From an uncultured Solirubrobacteraceae bacterium (GTDB taxonomy: Bacteria > Actinomycetota > Thermoleophilia > Solirubrobacterales > Solirubrobacteraceae), in the NCBI GenBank assembly GCA_964588985.1, contig CAZPQW010000008.1, forward strand, positions 32,001-96,000: DNA of 64,000 nt, in the 5' to 3' direction. Positions 1 to 9,701 of this stretch are shown here, one piece after another. The notes beneath the pieces were generated by a model. That model was not told the origin of the DNA. It made no database searches and saw only the letters and a list, made by a program, of their open reading frames with translations. A program made the translations under genes and the position numbers. Every line of letters starts with the position of its first letter. Position 1 is the first letter of the stretch.

Positions 1-187
1 GCTGCAGGACCCGCGGCCGGACTACTCCTCGCGCGCGCTGGCGGCGCTTGCCCCGTTCACTCGCGCCGCGATCGACACGCAGGTGGCCGAGGAGCTGCTC
101 CCCCGTCTCACCGAAATGCCCGTCTGAAGACGGAGACAATTGCCGTAATTGCTGGAATCGGCGACAGCCGTGACCTAGGCTCGACCG

Positions 188-1846
188 GTGTCGGCTTCCG
201 ATCGCGTCAATCCTCCCGCGCGCCTCACCAGCACGAGCTCGTTCGAGGCGAAGGCACATCCGGTAAGCACCGCACGCACGGACCTGCTGCGCTGGAGCGG
301 CTATGCGTGGGGCGCGATTGGAGCGACCGCGGCGTTCATCGGCATCACCTGCTGGTGGCTCACGCAGGACCGCAGCATCCCGATCTACGACGTCGGCACG
401 CAGCTGCAGACGGTCTTCGAATACCACCGGATGCTGCAGGCGGGGGATCTGCTGGGGCCGTTCACCTTCGAAAACGTCTATCCGATCCTCGGCCACATCG
501 TGGGCGCGGTCGCGGCGCTGATCGGCGGCGTGAGCGTCGCCGCCCCGGTGCTCGGAGAGAACCTCGTCTTCGTCCCGCTGCTCGCGCTCGGCTGCTACCA
601 GACGGGCCGCCTCCTCTTCAGCCCTCTCGCGGGGATGCTCGCGGTGCTGGTGGTGTTCGGCTCGCCGCTGGTGATCGAGATGTTCCACGTGTTCCTGCTC
701 GACGCGCCGGTCGCGGCGATGGTGGCGCTCGCGATGTGGCTGATCCTCGCGAGCGAGGACTTTCGCCGCGTCGGGGTCTCGGGGCTGGCGGGCCTCGCGG
801 TGGGGTTGGGCATGAACGTGAAGGTGCAGTTCGCGCTGTTCGTCGTCGGCCTCACGGCCGTCGTCTTCCTCCATGGCGGGTGGCGCAACTGGCGCGGCTT
901 CGCCACGTTCGTCGCGGTCGCGCTCCTGGTCGGGACGCCCTGGTACATCCAGCACTCCTCCGAACTGGGGCGGATGATCGAACTCTCGAGCTCCGGGCCG
1001 GGTACGCCGCCGGGCAACATCCCGCCGACGTTCTCAATGGAAAACCTGCAGTGGTACTTCTGGAGCATCCTCAACTCCCAGCTGCTCCTGCCGCTCTTCC
1101 TCCTCGCGGTCGGCGGAATCGTATGGATGGCCGTCACGACCGTTCGCAGTCGGGGGAAGAACGCACTCAGACTGGAGTTCCTCCTCGGCGGCTTCCTGGC
1201 CTGGTTCGTCATCACGTTCCCGGACGCCCACCACGACATTCGCTATGGCCTGCCGATGATCGGCTTTCTCGCGGTCGTCGCAACGGGATGGATAGTGCAT
1301 CTTCCCCGGGCCGCCCGAAGCGCGGCCATCGCCGTGGTCGTCCTCGGAGTCAGCGCCAACACCCTGGGCATCACGTTCGGTGTCGGCGGCAACGCGGAAG
1401 CGAAGCTGACCAGCAACCCTCCGCCCACCGAGGCGTTCCCCGACCAAGTCAAGTTCTTTACCACGGCGGGTTTCCTGGTCGCTGCCCCTAGTCGTGACGG
1501 CGATGTCCCGGGGCTGCTCAAAGCGCTACGCCGCGAAGGGGTGACCACCATCTCCTGGAGCGCTTCCCAAAGCGTGGACCCCGAATTCTCCCTGGAAGGC
1601 CTCAGGCCGCTCGCGCAGATCGCCGGTCTCGCCCCTGCAATAACCGAACAGCCTCAGTATGCGCCACAGGCGAGCGTCGCGACGCTCCTCCGCGAACCGG
1701 TCACCGCACACACCCAGCCGCCGTGCACGCGTCTGCGGGATCACACGGGCGTGTGGGTCGTGCGCTACGAACCCGTGGCGGCGAAGCTGGCTATGTACTG
1801 CCCGACGCGCAGGCCGCGGTATTACGCCGCCGGATCGGTGCACTAA
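188..1846 (+). CDS. GT-C fold membrane glycosyltransferase (ArnT/PMT_2, GT39/83-like)
   Basis: About 11 hydrophobic helices, N-terminal loop 'SIPIYD', 'YP' motif, 'LLDAP', 'NVKVQF', 'PWY', 'DIRYGLP' as in PMT_2-type enzymes; start uncertain. Confidence 0.75.
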   Translation: MSASDRVNPPARLTSTSSFEAKAHPVSTARTDLLRWSGYAWGAIGATAAFIGITCWWLTQDRSIPIYDVGTQLQTVFEYHRMLQAGDLLGPFTFENVYPILGHIVGAVAALIGGVSVAAPVLGENLVFVPLLALGCYQTGRLLFSPLAGMLAVLVVFGSPLVIEMFHVFLLDAPVAAMVALAMWLILASEDFRRVGVSGLAGLAVGLGMNVKVQFALFVVGLTAVVFLHGGWRNWRGFATFVAVALLVGTPWYIQHSSELGRMIELSSSGPGTPPGNIPPTFSMENLQWYFWSILNSQLLLPLFLLAVGGIVWMAVTTVRSRGKNALRLEFLLGGFLAWFVITFPDAHHDIRYGLPMIGFLAVVATGWIVHLPRAARSAAIAVVVLGVSANTLGITFGVGGNAEAKLTSNPPPTEAFPDQVKFFTTAGFLVAAPSRDGDVPGLLKALRREGVTTISWSASQSVDPEFSLEGLRPLAQIAGLAPAITEQPQYAPQASVATLLREPVTAHTQPPCTRLRDHTGVWVVRYEPVAAKLAMYCPTRRPRYYAAGSVH

Positions 1847-1864
1847 AGGCTGGTCCGAGTCCAA

Positions 1865-1909
1865 AAGTCAGAAACTACACTTGCGGGAAGCTGGTAGCGA
1901 GCGTACGGT
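1865..1909 (+). promoter_or_regulatory. Conserved box AAGTCAGAAACT plus sigma70-type promoter TTGCGG-N17-TACGGT (cassette 1)
   Basis: Same architecture and exact 17-nt spacing at five loci in the window. Confidence 0.7.
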
Positions 1910-1957
1910 AGACGCTACGGAGTCACGTGTAATGGCTCCTTAGGGATGTCTAGGCTG

Positions 1958-1990
1958 ATGTTTGACGCTACTCCGGGTGGGCGCTTATAA
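1958..1990 (+). CDS. Putative TTA-containing leader peptide MFDATPGGRL (cassette 1)
   Basis: ATG TTT GAC GCT ACT CCG GGT GGG CGC TTA TAA; ATG and codon-10 TTA conserved in all four cassettes; its own SD is weak or distant. Confidence 0.5.
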   Translation: MFDATPGGRL

Positions 1991-2014
1991 GTCCAATCGT
2001 AAAGGAGTAGTTAG

Positions 2015-2638
2015 ATGAGGCGTACAACAACGACGGCAGTGGGGCTGGTGGCCCTTGTGGTGATGTTGGTGCTCGGCGTGTTCTCCGCCGGGTCAGCGTC
2101 AGCGCATTTATTCTTATACACGGGACCCTTACCCTCATTACTCTTAATATTAAGCGAGGGTCCGCAGATCTTCAACGTTACACCAGAAGGCTTCCAAATC
2201 AATTGTCCGCATTTCTTAGGTCATATTCAGGTCTCTAATGGTGTGATGTGGGGCTTAACGGCCAAAGTCACCGGTGACTATCCCGGCAAATGCACCGTGA
2301 CCGGTGGCTCCAAAGGGACGATCTCCCCGGTGGAATACGAAATCAGTGCTGACGGCACGATCTCTATTCTCAAAACCATTACAATCACGGCCGGGAGTCC
2401 GGCCAACTGCAGTCTCTTAGTCGAACCGACCGCAGAAAACCAGAACCTCTCAAGCCTCTTATTCTTAAAAGATCCCCTCAACTCTGGAGCGATATTAGGG
2501 CATGCCGCAGTTGGTGGCATCCACTCGAAAGGCACCAGCGGGGTCTGTTCTGAAAAGGAAGAAAATAACTACACTAAAGGTAGCTATTTCGGCTTATTCT
2601 TAGTGTGGGTGCATGGGGGTACTGTTGCTTGGGAGTAG
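2015..2638 (+). CDS. Secreted 4-Cys beta-rich protein, TTA-rich family, copy 1
   Basis: AAGGAG SD, signal peptide ending ASA, 4 Cys, 14 TTA codons; three homologues in window. Confidence 0.9.
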   Translation: MRRTTTTAVGLVALVVMLVLGVFSAGSASAHLFLYTGPLPSLLLILSEGPQIFNVTPEGFQINCPHFLGHIQVSNGVMWGLTAKVTGDYPGKCTVTGGSKGTISPVEYEISADGTISILKTITITAGSPANCSLLVEPTAENQNLSSLLFLKDPLNSGAILGHAAVGGIHSKGTSGVCSEKEENNYTKGSYFGLFLVWVHGGTVAWE

Positions 2639-2698
2639 TTTAGATATGGCAGTTTCACGCTGTGTTACAGGAGGTTATGAAGGCTAGTTAGCTGGCTT

Positions 2699-2733
2699 GG
2701 GTGGGGGTTGGGTTTGGTGTCTGGCTCCCACCC
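2699..2733 (+). terminator. Conserved 3' hairpin of cassette 1 (GGGTGGGGGTTGGG...CTGGCTCCCACCC)
   Basis: Homologous stems follow copies 2, 3 and 4; G-U rich here, no U-tract directly after the stem until GGTTTTG. Confidence 0.55.
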
Positions 2734-2816
2734 GGTTTTGTTGCGTGAGGGGAGTTGGTGTGGGTTTGTGTGGTTGTGATGGTGGTGGGGTTGGGTGTCT
2801 AGGAGGGGGTTGGGCT

Positions 2817-5483
2817 GTGGCTGGACCGGCGTTTAGGCGTGTTTGTTTGGTGGTGCTTGTTGTGGTGCTCTCTGGGTGTGTGGTGTGGGTGTCTGTGGCG
2901 GGTGCTGTGGTGTTGCCGGATGGTCGTGGCTATGAGCTGGTTTCGCCGGTGGCGAAGAATGGTTTGAGCCCGTATGCGGCGGTCCCTTCTACCACCGGTG
3001 GGGCGGTGGATTTTCAGGCGCGTGGGGCGTTTGCCGGCGCGACGTCTGGGGCTCTGAACCTGTATCAGGCGACGCGTACGGCTGGTGGCTGGCAGACAGC
3101 GCCGTTGACGCCGGCCCCGTCTACCCCGTTGGGGGCTTTGGAAGAGCAGGCGCCGGTATGGCTGTCGGCGGACTTGTCTGAGGCGATCTTCACGACCCCT
3201 GAGTCCTATGCTCCTGGCGATCAAGACGGCGGCGCGCTGAGCCTGTACGCAGAGGCTGTGGGTGGCGGGTTGAGCTGGCTATCGCAGGGATCTCAGGGAG
3301 GCACGGAATCGAGCGAGACGACGTTCGATGGAGCCTCACCAGACGGGAACCATGTCGTGTTCAGCAGCCACGCATCGCTGATCCCGCCCGCAACAGGGCT
3401 TGGGAGCGATGCAGCCCCAGAAGCGGAGTACCTCTACGAACGCAACGCTCCTGAAGCCCAAACACACCTGCTCAACGTAAACAATGCCGGGCAGATCATC
3501 GGCAGCCTCGAAACCACGCTTCCCAAAGGATACACACCAGGCCCAACGGCAAACTTTATCGCGGTCGCCCTTATCGAAGGAGAGGGCTTTTTCCCGGGGC
3601 AGTTCATCACGGTAGGCGAAGGTGAAAGCGAACTGACCACACAGATCACCCAGGTCTTCAAGATAAGCAGTACAACAGAGAGCTTGGGAGTGGGAAACAA
3701 CGCTGGATTGCCGATAGCGTATCCTGTGGGTACGCGTGTGGCGCATTTGTCGGAAGGCGCGATTTTGGGTGATGGTGGTGATTTGGCGTCGGGTGTGGCG
3801 CCTGCGAGTGAATATTTGCCGGCGGATGCTGGTAGTGGCTCCACGACCCATGCGGTGTCGAGTGATGGCTCGAAGGTGTTCTTCGAGAGCCCGAACCCCG
3901 CGGTTGGCGAGCCGGTGGGCCTATATGTGCGTATAGGTAATGCCACGACTGTAAAGATTGCTGGAGCGAGCGCTGATGGCACCAGACTCAGCGGGCTCCT
4001 CGAATCGGAGGCGGTCATATTCGGTTCGGCGCGGTTTGAGGGTGCGGCGGCGGACGGGTCGCTGGTGTTCTTCACTTCAGGTGAAGGGCTTGCTGGTGCG
4101 ACGAGTGGTGGGGAGGTGTATGAGTTCAACACGACCGGCCATGAAATCGGAGGGGTCAGCCCGTTGTCCGTCGGTGCCGTATCAGCCGGGCTGGGAGGCG
4201 ACAGAACCCCGGCAAGCACCCTCACCGCCACCGCGGCGGGGCGCAAACCGGGCGTAACCATCAGGGTCGCGAGCACGGCGGGGTTCCATGCCGGGGAAGA
4301 GATCATGTTCGCGCCGTTCGAAACAGAAGGAGAATTCGGAATGAGCTCGGGTGTGACGTCGAGGGTCGCGTCGGTGGACAGTGCGACCGAACTCACTCTC
4401 AGCGAAGGCCTGATCGGGGTAGGGTTCGGTGTTCCGGCTGGTACGGAAGTGCATGGTGTTCATCCGGCGTCTGTGGTTGCGGTCGCGGATGATGGTTCGC
4501 GTGTGTATTTCGTCTCGGATGGTGTGTTGGCGGAAAACACGAACGCTCAGGGTGCGAGCGCGGTCCCGGTGCAGCCGAACCTGTACGTGTTCGATACAGC
4601 GACCCAGGAAACCGCGTTTATCGGGACGTTGGCGTCGAGTGATGTGAGGGATGCGGGGGGTAACCCGTCGGGTTTGGTGGGCGAGCCGGATATCTCTCGG
4701 CCTGCTGTGCCGAGCCCTGACGGTGGTGTTCTGGTGTTCGCGTCTGCGGCTGATTTGACGGGCCAGAACCCGTGGCAGCAATACACCGAGATCTACCGGT
4801 ACTCGGTCGCGGGCAACTCGCTGGTGTGCGTGTCGTGCACCGCCCCGGGAGTGAAGCCCGCGGGGAACGCGTCGTTCGGGGAAACCGCCGGCGGCACTTA
4901 TGATCCGCCGGGCTTGACATCCCCGATGAGCGCAGATGGCGCTCGCGTGTTCTTCCAGACCCCAGACTCGCTTGTCGCGGAAGACACGAACGGGAGTGCT
5001 CCTGTGAGCCCGAAGTTCGGGACCCCAACCTCCACGGATGTGTATGAGTGGGAGGAAGGGCACGTGTCACTGATCTCCAGCGGCTCGGCGTCCACCCCGG
5101 CCGTTTTGATGGGCGCCACGCCCAGCGGAAACGATGCGCTGTTCACAACAACAGCGCAACTGGTACCCAGCGAGACTGACGGGGGCTATGAAAACGTGTT
5201 CGACGCACGCGTCGACGGGGGATTCCCCGCCGCAGCGAAAGCCGGCCCCTCATGCTCCGGCTCGGGGTGCACTGCAGCGTTCGGTCTCGCCCCCACGCTC
5301 CAAGCGCCCGCCAGCGCGTCACTACGCGGCCCCGGGAACACGCCCGCCAAGACAACCCCGAAACCAAAGCCAAAGCACATGGCCTGCGGGAAGCGACACG
5401 TACGACGACACGTGAAAGGCCGAACAGTATGCGCCCGACGAGCCAAGAACACCCAGAAAGCAGGCAGCACACATGCACACTAA
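2817..5483 (+). CDS. Large secreted TolB/WD40-like beta-propeller protein with basic C-terminal tail, copy A
   Basis: AGGAGG at 2801 then GTG at 2817; signal peptide; 'LPDGRGYELVSP'; repeated 'S.DG..VFF.S' blades; tail 'CGKRHVRRHVKGRTVC'. Confidence 0.85.
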   Translation: MAGPAFRRVCLVVLVVVLSGCVVWVSVAGAVVLPDGRGYELVSPVAKNGLSPYAAVPSTTGGAVDFQARGAFAGATSGALNLYQATRTAGGWQTAPLTPAPSTPLGALEEQAPVWLSADLSEAIFTTPESYAPGDQDGGALSLYAEAVGGGLSWLSQGSQGGTESSETTFDGASPDGNHVVFSSHASLIPPATGLGSDAAPEAEYLYERNAPEAQTHLLNVNNAGQIIGSLETTLPKGYTPGPTANFIAVALIEGEGFFPGQFITVGEGESELTTQITQVFKISSTTESLGVGNNAGLPIAYPVGTRVAHLSEGAILGDGGDLASGVAPASEYLPADAGSGSTTHAVSSDGSKVFFESPNPAVGEPVGLYVRIGNATTVKIAGASADGTRLSGLLESEAVIFGSARFEGAAADGSLVFFTSGEGLAGATSGGEVYEFNTTGHEIGGVSPLSVGAVSAGLGGDRTPASTLTATAAGRKPGVTIRVASTAGFHAGEEIMFAPFETEGEFGMSSGVTSRVASVDSATELTLSEGLIGVGFGVPAGTEVHGVHPASVVAVADDGSRVYFVSDGVLAENTNAQGASAVPVQPNLYVFDTATQETAFIGTLASSDVRDAGGNPSGLVGEPDISRPAVPSPDGGVLVFASAADLTGQNPWQQYTEIYRYSVAGNSLVCVSCTAPGVKPAGNASFGETAGGTYDPPGLTSPMSADGARVFFQTPDSLVAEDTNGSAPVSPKFGTPTSTDVYEWEEGHVSLISSGSASTPAVLMGATPSGNDALFTTTAQLVPSETDGGYENVFDARVDGGFPAAAKAGPSCSGSGCTAAFGLAPTLQAPASASLRGPGNTPAKTTPKPKPKHMACGKRHVRRHVKGRTVCARRAKNTQKAGSTHAH

Positions 5484-5499
5484 GACGAAGGGGAAGCGA

Positions 5500-6245
5500 A
5501 AGCTTGGGCCGTTGATGGCGAGGCATCGAGGCGTTGTGCAGGAGGCGACCGAGGGCGCCGGGACCAGCAGTGCCGGCGACGACCTTTATTAGAGGTGGTC
5601 TCGATCGAGTCGCGTGTAGCGATCCTTGTGCTCGATGAGCCGTAGGCCTCGCAACTCGGTGAGGCGTTTGTGGTTGAGCTCGGGCTGGAGTGTCGCGTCG
5701 AACTGTGGAGAAGTCCAGCGCGCACGATCCCTGGTAGCGAGTGAGCCACCGCACTGACCACGGTCAACGGAGCCCCCGACGTCAATCGCAAAATCGGAGG
5801 GAGGTGGGGCCACTTCGAGCGTCAAGAGCGTTGGTCCTTTTGCGAGCGCCCATTATGGATTCGGGCTGTGGCGGGGTCCCAGCTAGCTTCTCGAGGGTGC
5901 TGGTGAGGACGCTGCCACGGAACTCGTTGCCGTTGTCCGAGAGCATCCGTTCCAAGCGCCAGCCCGCGATCTTCAGTGCCCGTGCAACACGTCCGGCGAG
6001 CGCGATTGGGCTGCCTTGCTTGCAGATCACGAGCTCCGCCCAGGCGCAGGAGGACGCGATGTCGATCGCAATGAGCTGTCAGATCGGCGCCCGGTGCCCT
6101 TCTGTCGTCCGGCGTAGAAGCAGGGTGCTGCGTGGCCTGCGATCAGCGCGGGGCACTTGGCGCGGGTGTTCAGCCCGTGGCGGCGAAGAACCTTCCACGC
6201 CCCCGTTCGGCGAGACGATGATCTCGCCCCACTTCTTCAGGCACA
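5500..6245 (-). pseudogene. Degenerate IS481-family transposase remnant
   Basis: Minus-strand fragments in different frames: 'KWGEIIVSPNG', 'AIDIASSCAWAEL', 'GWRLERMLSDNGNEFRG'; boundaries approximate. Confidence 0.7.
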
Positions 6246-6486
6246 AGGATCTACCCCTGGTTTGTTGGAGTCGCGTGTTTAGAGTCCTGGCATCGGCTAG
6301 GAGGCAGAATGCCCGCGAGGTATCCATCAGCAGTGCGTCGTCAGGTCGTTGAGCTTGCTCGTGCGGGGACGCGTGTCGCGCAGCTGGCTGAGACGTTCGG
6401 GATGATGACGGGGTCCCTGTGATGTGAGCCAGGTGCTGTGCGTGTTTGTCATGTCCCGTTGGTGGGATGAGAGGATGGACACGATC

Positions 6487-6765
6487 ATGAAGCGACGTAG
6501 GCACACGCCGGAGCAGGCCGTTCGGAAGATCCGTGAGGGCGAACGACTGTTGAACGAGGGGCAGGATCTCGCCGAGGTGCTGAGGCATCTCGAGATCACC
6601 GAGTCGACGTTCAACCGGTGGCGCGCGCAATACGGCGGGCTGAAGGCCGATGAGGCCAAGCGGCTGAAGACGCTCGATGCCGAGAACCAGCGGCTGAAGA
6701 AGCTCGTGGCTGAGCAGGCGCTGGACATCGACATGCTCAAGGAGCTGGCGGAGGGAAACTTTTGA
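6487..6765 (+). CDS. IS3-B transposase OrfA
   Basis: MKRRRHTPEQAVRKIREG HTH, then 'RLKTLDAENQRLKKLVAEQALD' coiled coil. Confidence 0.9.
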   Translation: MKRRRHTPEQAVRKIREGERLLNEGQDLAEVLRHLEITESTFNRWRAQYGGLKADEAKRLKTLDAENQRLKKLVAEQALDIDMLKELAEGNF

Positions 6766-7609
6766 CCCCGGAACGTAGGCGCAGAGCTGTCGGTCGGCTC
6801 GAAGAGCGTTTCGGGGTTTCACAGCGCCGTGCGTGCCGGGTAGCTGGGCAGCATCGCTCGACGCAGCGCAAACCCCCGCCGGCGCCACGTCCGGCGGATG
6901 AGCGGCTCGCTGCCCGGTTGCGGGAGATCGCGGGTGAGCATCCGCGGTGGGGGTGGAAGACCGCCCATGAGACCCTGCTCAGGGAGGGCTGGGCACTGAA
7001 CCGCAAGCGAACACGCCGCATCTGGCGCCAGGAGGGCCTGCGGCGGCCCGTGAAGACACGGAAGCGTCGTCGGCTGCCCAGCGGGCAGAAACAGCGTCTG
7101 CGGGCGAGCAGGCCGAACGATGTACGGGCTGTTGATTTCCAGTTCGATGAGATCTCCGACCGGCGCAGGATCAAGCTGTGCAACATCGTGGATGAGTACA
7201 CCCGCGAGGCGCTCGCGATCCGCGTCGCCCGGTCCTGCACCGCCGACGACGTCGTTGAGGTCCTTGCCGGCCTGGTCGCTGAGCGGGGCGCACCCGCCTT
7301 TCTGCGCTCGGATAACGGCCCGGAGTTCATCGCGTGGCACTGCGGGACTACTGCCGAATGACGCTTATGGCCACAAGCTACATCGAGCCGGGATCGCCGT
7401 GGGAGAACCCGTTCGTTGAGTCCTTCAACGGCCGGCTCCGCGACGAGCTGCTGAACATCGAGGAGTTCGGCTCAATCACCGAGGCCAGGGTCGTGATCGA
7501 GGACTGGCGCCACGAGTACAACACCTACCGGCCCCACTCAGCCCTCGGAGGCCGCTGTCCAAGCGAGTACGCCACAATCACAACAACAAACAATCAAGAA
7601 CACACATAG
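6762..7609 (+). pseudogene. IS3-B transposase OrfB with a 1-nt frameshift near 7336
   Basis: 'RSDNGPEFIA' in one frame and 'ALRDYC...IEPGSPWENPFVESFNGRLRDE' in another; real lesion or sequencing error. Confidence 0.85.
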
Positions 7610-7838
7610 CCACTGGACTCCTCACTGGGGCCCCGTCAATGACCGAGACGACGATCTATAACTGGATCAATCAGGAGAAGATCGATCGTGGCGAGATCGT
7701 CGGGCAGACGACGGACCAGGCGTTGGAACTCGCCGCGGCGAAGCGCCGTATCCGAGAGCTCGAGACAGAGCTCGCGGTCTCGCGGAAGGTCAATGAGATC
7801 TTTCTCGATCAGGATCTCGCCCCAAAAGCCTCTTCCCG

Positions 7839-8702
7839 GTGATCGAGTCTCTGACCGGGCAGGGAATCAACGTCAGACACGCCTGCCGGGTCCTCGGCGT
7901 ATCCGAGTCCGGCTACTACGACTGGAAGGACAGGCCGCCGTCAGCGACGGCGCTCAGGCGCCTATGGCTCGCTGGCGAGATCACGGACGTGCACCGGGCC
8001 TCTGGCGGCATCTACGGCGCTGAACGCGTGACAGCCGAGCTGCGCTACGGCCGCGACATCCTCGTGAGCCACAACGCGGTATCGGACATCATGCGACGTC
8101 TCGGGCTCAAGGGCGTCCCGAATCGTCGGCTCCCGCGAGGGGCGCGGGCAGGCGCGTATCGCTCGCTTGACTTGGTTCGCCGCGACTTCTCGCGGCGTGC
8201 CCCGAACGAGCTATGGATGACCGACATCACCGAGCACCCCACGAGGGAGGGCAAGGTCTACTGCTGTGTCGTGCTCGATGCGTTCTCACGCATGGTCGTC
8301 GGCTGGGCCATCGATAGCACCCAGACGACCGCACTCGTCACGACAGCGCTCGGTATGGCGACCAGCACCCGCAACCCCGACAGCGGCCTGGTGCTGCATA
8401 GCGATCGCGGGGTTCAATTCACCTCTTGGGCCTTCAGCCGCAAGCTCCAAGACGCCGGGCTCGCACCATCGATGGGAGCCGTCGGGGCACCCGGAGACAA
8501 TGCCATGGTCGAGTCGTTCTGGGGACGCATGCAGGTCGAGCTACTCAACCGCAAACGATGGAAGACAAGGATCGAGCTCGCGACTGCGATCCACGACTAC
8601 ATCGAGACCTTCCGCAACACCACAAGACGCCACAGCGCGCTGAACATGCTCACACCAACCGAATACGAGAACCACTACCAATCAACCACCGCTACCGCCT
8701 GA
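7839..8702 (+). CDS. IS3-A transposase OrfB (DDE)
   Basis: 'WMTDITE', 'HSDRGVQF', 'DNAMVESFW'. Confidence 0.92.
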   Translation: MIESLTGQGINVRHACRVLGVSESGYYDWKDRPPSATALRRLWLAGEITDVHRASGGIYGAERVTAELRYGRDILVSHNAVSDIMRRLGLKGVPNRRLPRGARAGAYRSLDLVRRDFSRRAPNELWMTDITEHPTREGKVYCCVVLDAFSRMVVGWAIDSTQTTALVTTALGMATSTRNPDSGLVLHSDRGVQFTSWAFSRKLQDAGLAPSMGAVGAPGDNAMVESFWGRMQVELLNRKRWKTRIELATAIHDYIETFRNTTRRHSALNMLTPTEYENHYQSTTATA

Positions 8703-8805
8703 CCCCAAACCCACGACTCCGCAAAAATAGGGGTAGTGAGCCAGGCCGGTTTTGACGGGGGCCGTATTCCGTGGATATGTCCGCGGGAGGGGAGAGCCTT
8801 CTGGC

Positions 8806-9108
8806 ATGTCGAGACCGTCGAAGTACCCACCGGAGTTGATCGAGCGCGGGGTTCGTCTGGCGCTTGAGGGCGAGCGGCCGATTGCTCATGTCGCTGATGA
8901 TTTGGGCATCCACCGCGAGACGTTGCGCAAACACGTCAGGCAGGCCGAGGCTGATAGCGGCAAGCGAGGCGACCTGCTCTCGAGCGAGGAGCGGGAGGAG
9001 ATCAAGAAGCTGCGCCGCGAGAACTTCGAGTTGCGCAGGGCGAACGAGATCCTGAAGTCAGCGAGCGTGTTTTTCGCCAAGGAGCTCGACCCAGACCGAA
9101 CGAAGTGA
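8806..9108 (+). CDS. IS3-C transposase OrfA
   Basis: MSRPSKYPPELIERGVRL...'LRRANEILKSASVFFAKELD'. Confidence 0.9.
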   Translation: MSRPSKYPPELIERGVRLALEGERPIAHVADDLGIHRETLRKHVRQAEADSGKRGDLLSSEEREEIKKLRRENFELRRANEILKSASVFFAKELDPDRTK

Positions 9109-9701
9109 GCGCCTACGTGCAGGAGCACCGGGAGCGCTTCGGGGTCGAGCCGATCTGCAGCACTTTGGGCGTGTCGGCGTCCGCCTTCTACCAGCGCGCC
9201 ACCGGCCAACGATCGGCGAGGGCCGTGGAGGATGAGCGGCTGCTCGCCAGGATTCGTGAGGTGCATGAGGCGAACTACTGCGCCTATGGCTACCGCAGGA
9301 CCTGGAAGGCTCTCACGCGTGCGGGTGAGCGGGCGCCACGGTGTCGGGTGCAGCGGCTGATGCGGGCTCACGGGATCCAGGGAGCGAAGCGTCGAGGCAA
9401 GCCGTGGCGGACCACGACCCCCGATCCTGAAGCTCCCCGGCGGCCGGACTTGGTGAACCGTGATTTCACCGCCTCGGCGCCGAACGAGCTGTGGGTCGCG
9501 GACTTCAGCTATCTGCGTTGCTGGGAGGGGCTGGTGTTCTTCAGCTTCGTGATCGATGTCTACAGCCGCAAGGTCGTGGGCTGGCAGTTCGCCAGGCACA
9601 TGCGCACCACCTTGGTCCTCGACGCGCTACGGATGGCACTCTCGACAAGGCAACGGGTCGAGGAGGTCCGGCTCATTCACCACTCCGACAGGGGGTCGCA
9701 A

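Larger units (their letters stand above)
1865..5491 (+). repeat. 3.6-kb direct repeat, copy A (partner 12916-16542)
   Basis: Offset 11051; translations identical in all frames over about 1922-5206; substitutions seen only at both ends. Confidence 0.95.
6406..7638 (+). mobile_element. IS3-family element B
   Basis: IRs TGACGGGGTCCCTGTGATG / CTCCTCACTGGGGCCCCGTCA; 4-bp target duplication ATGA; GGGAAAC frameshift motif at 6753-6759. Confidence 0.9.
6309..7842 (+). pseudogene. IS3-A OrfA interrupted by IS3-B
   Basis: MPARYPSAVRRQVVELARAGTRVAQLAETFGM continues as TETTIYNW after removing 6406-7642; slippery-like CCCAAAAG near 7820. Confidence 0.85.

Noticed and set aside
2697-2816. Cys/Gly/Val-rich N-terminal extension of the propeller protein
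   Set aside because: It is a translation of the G/T-rich hairpin region; the SD at 2801 supports the GTG at 2817.
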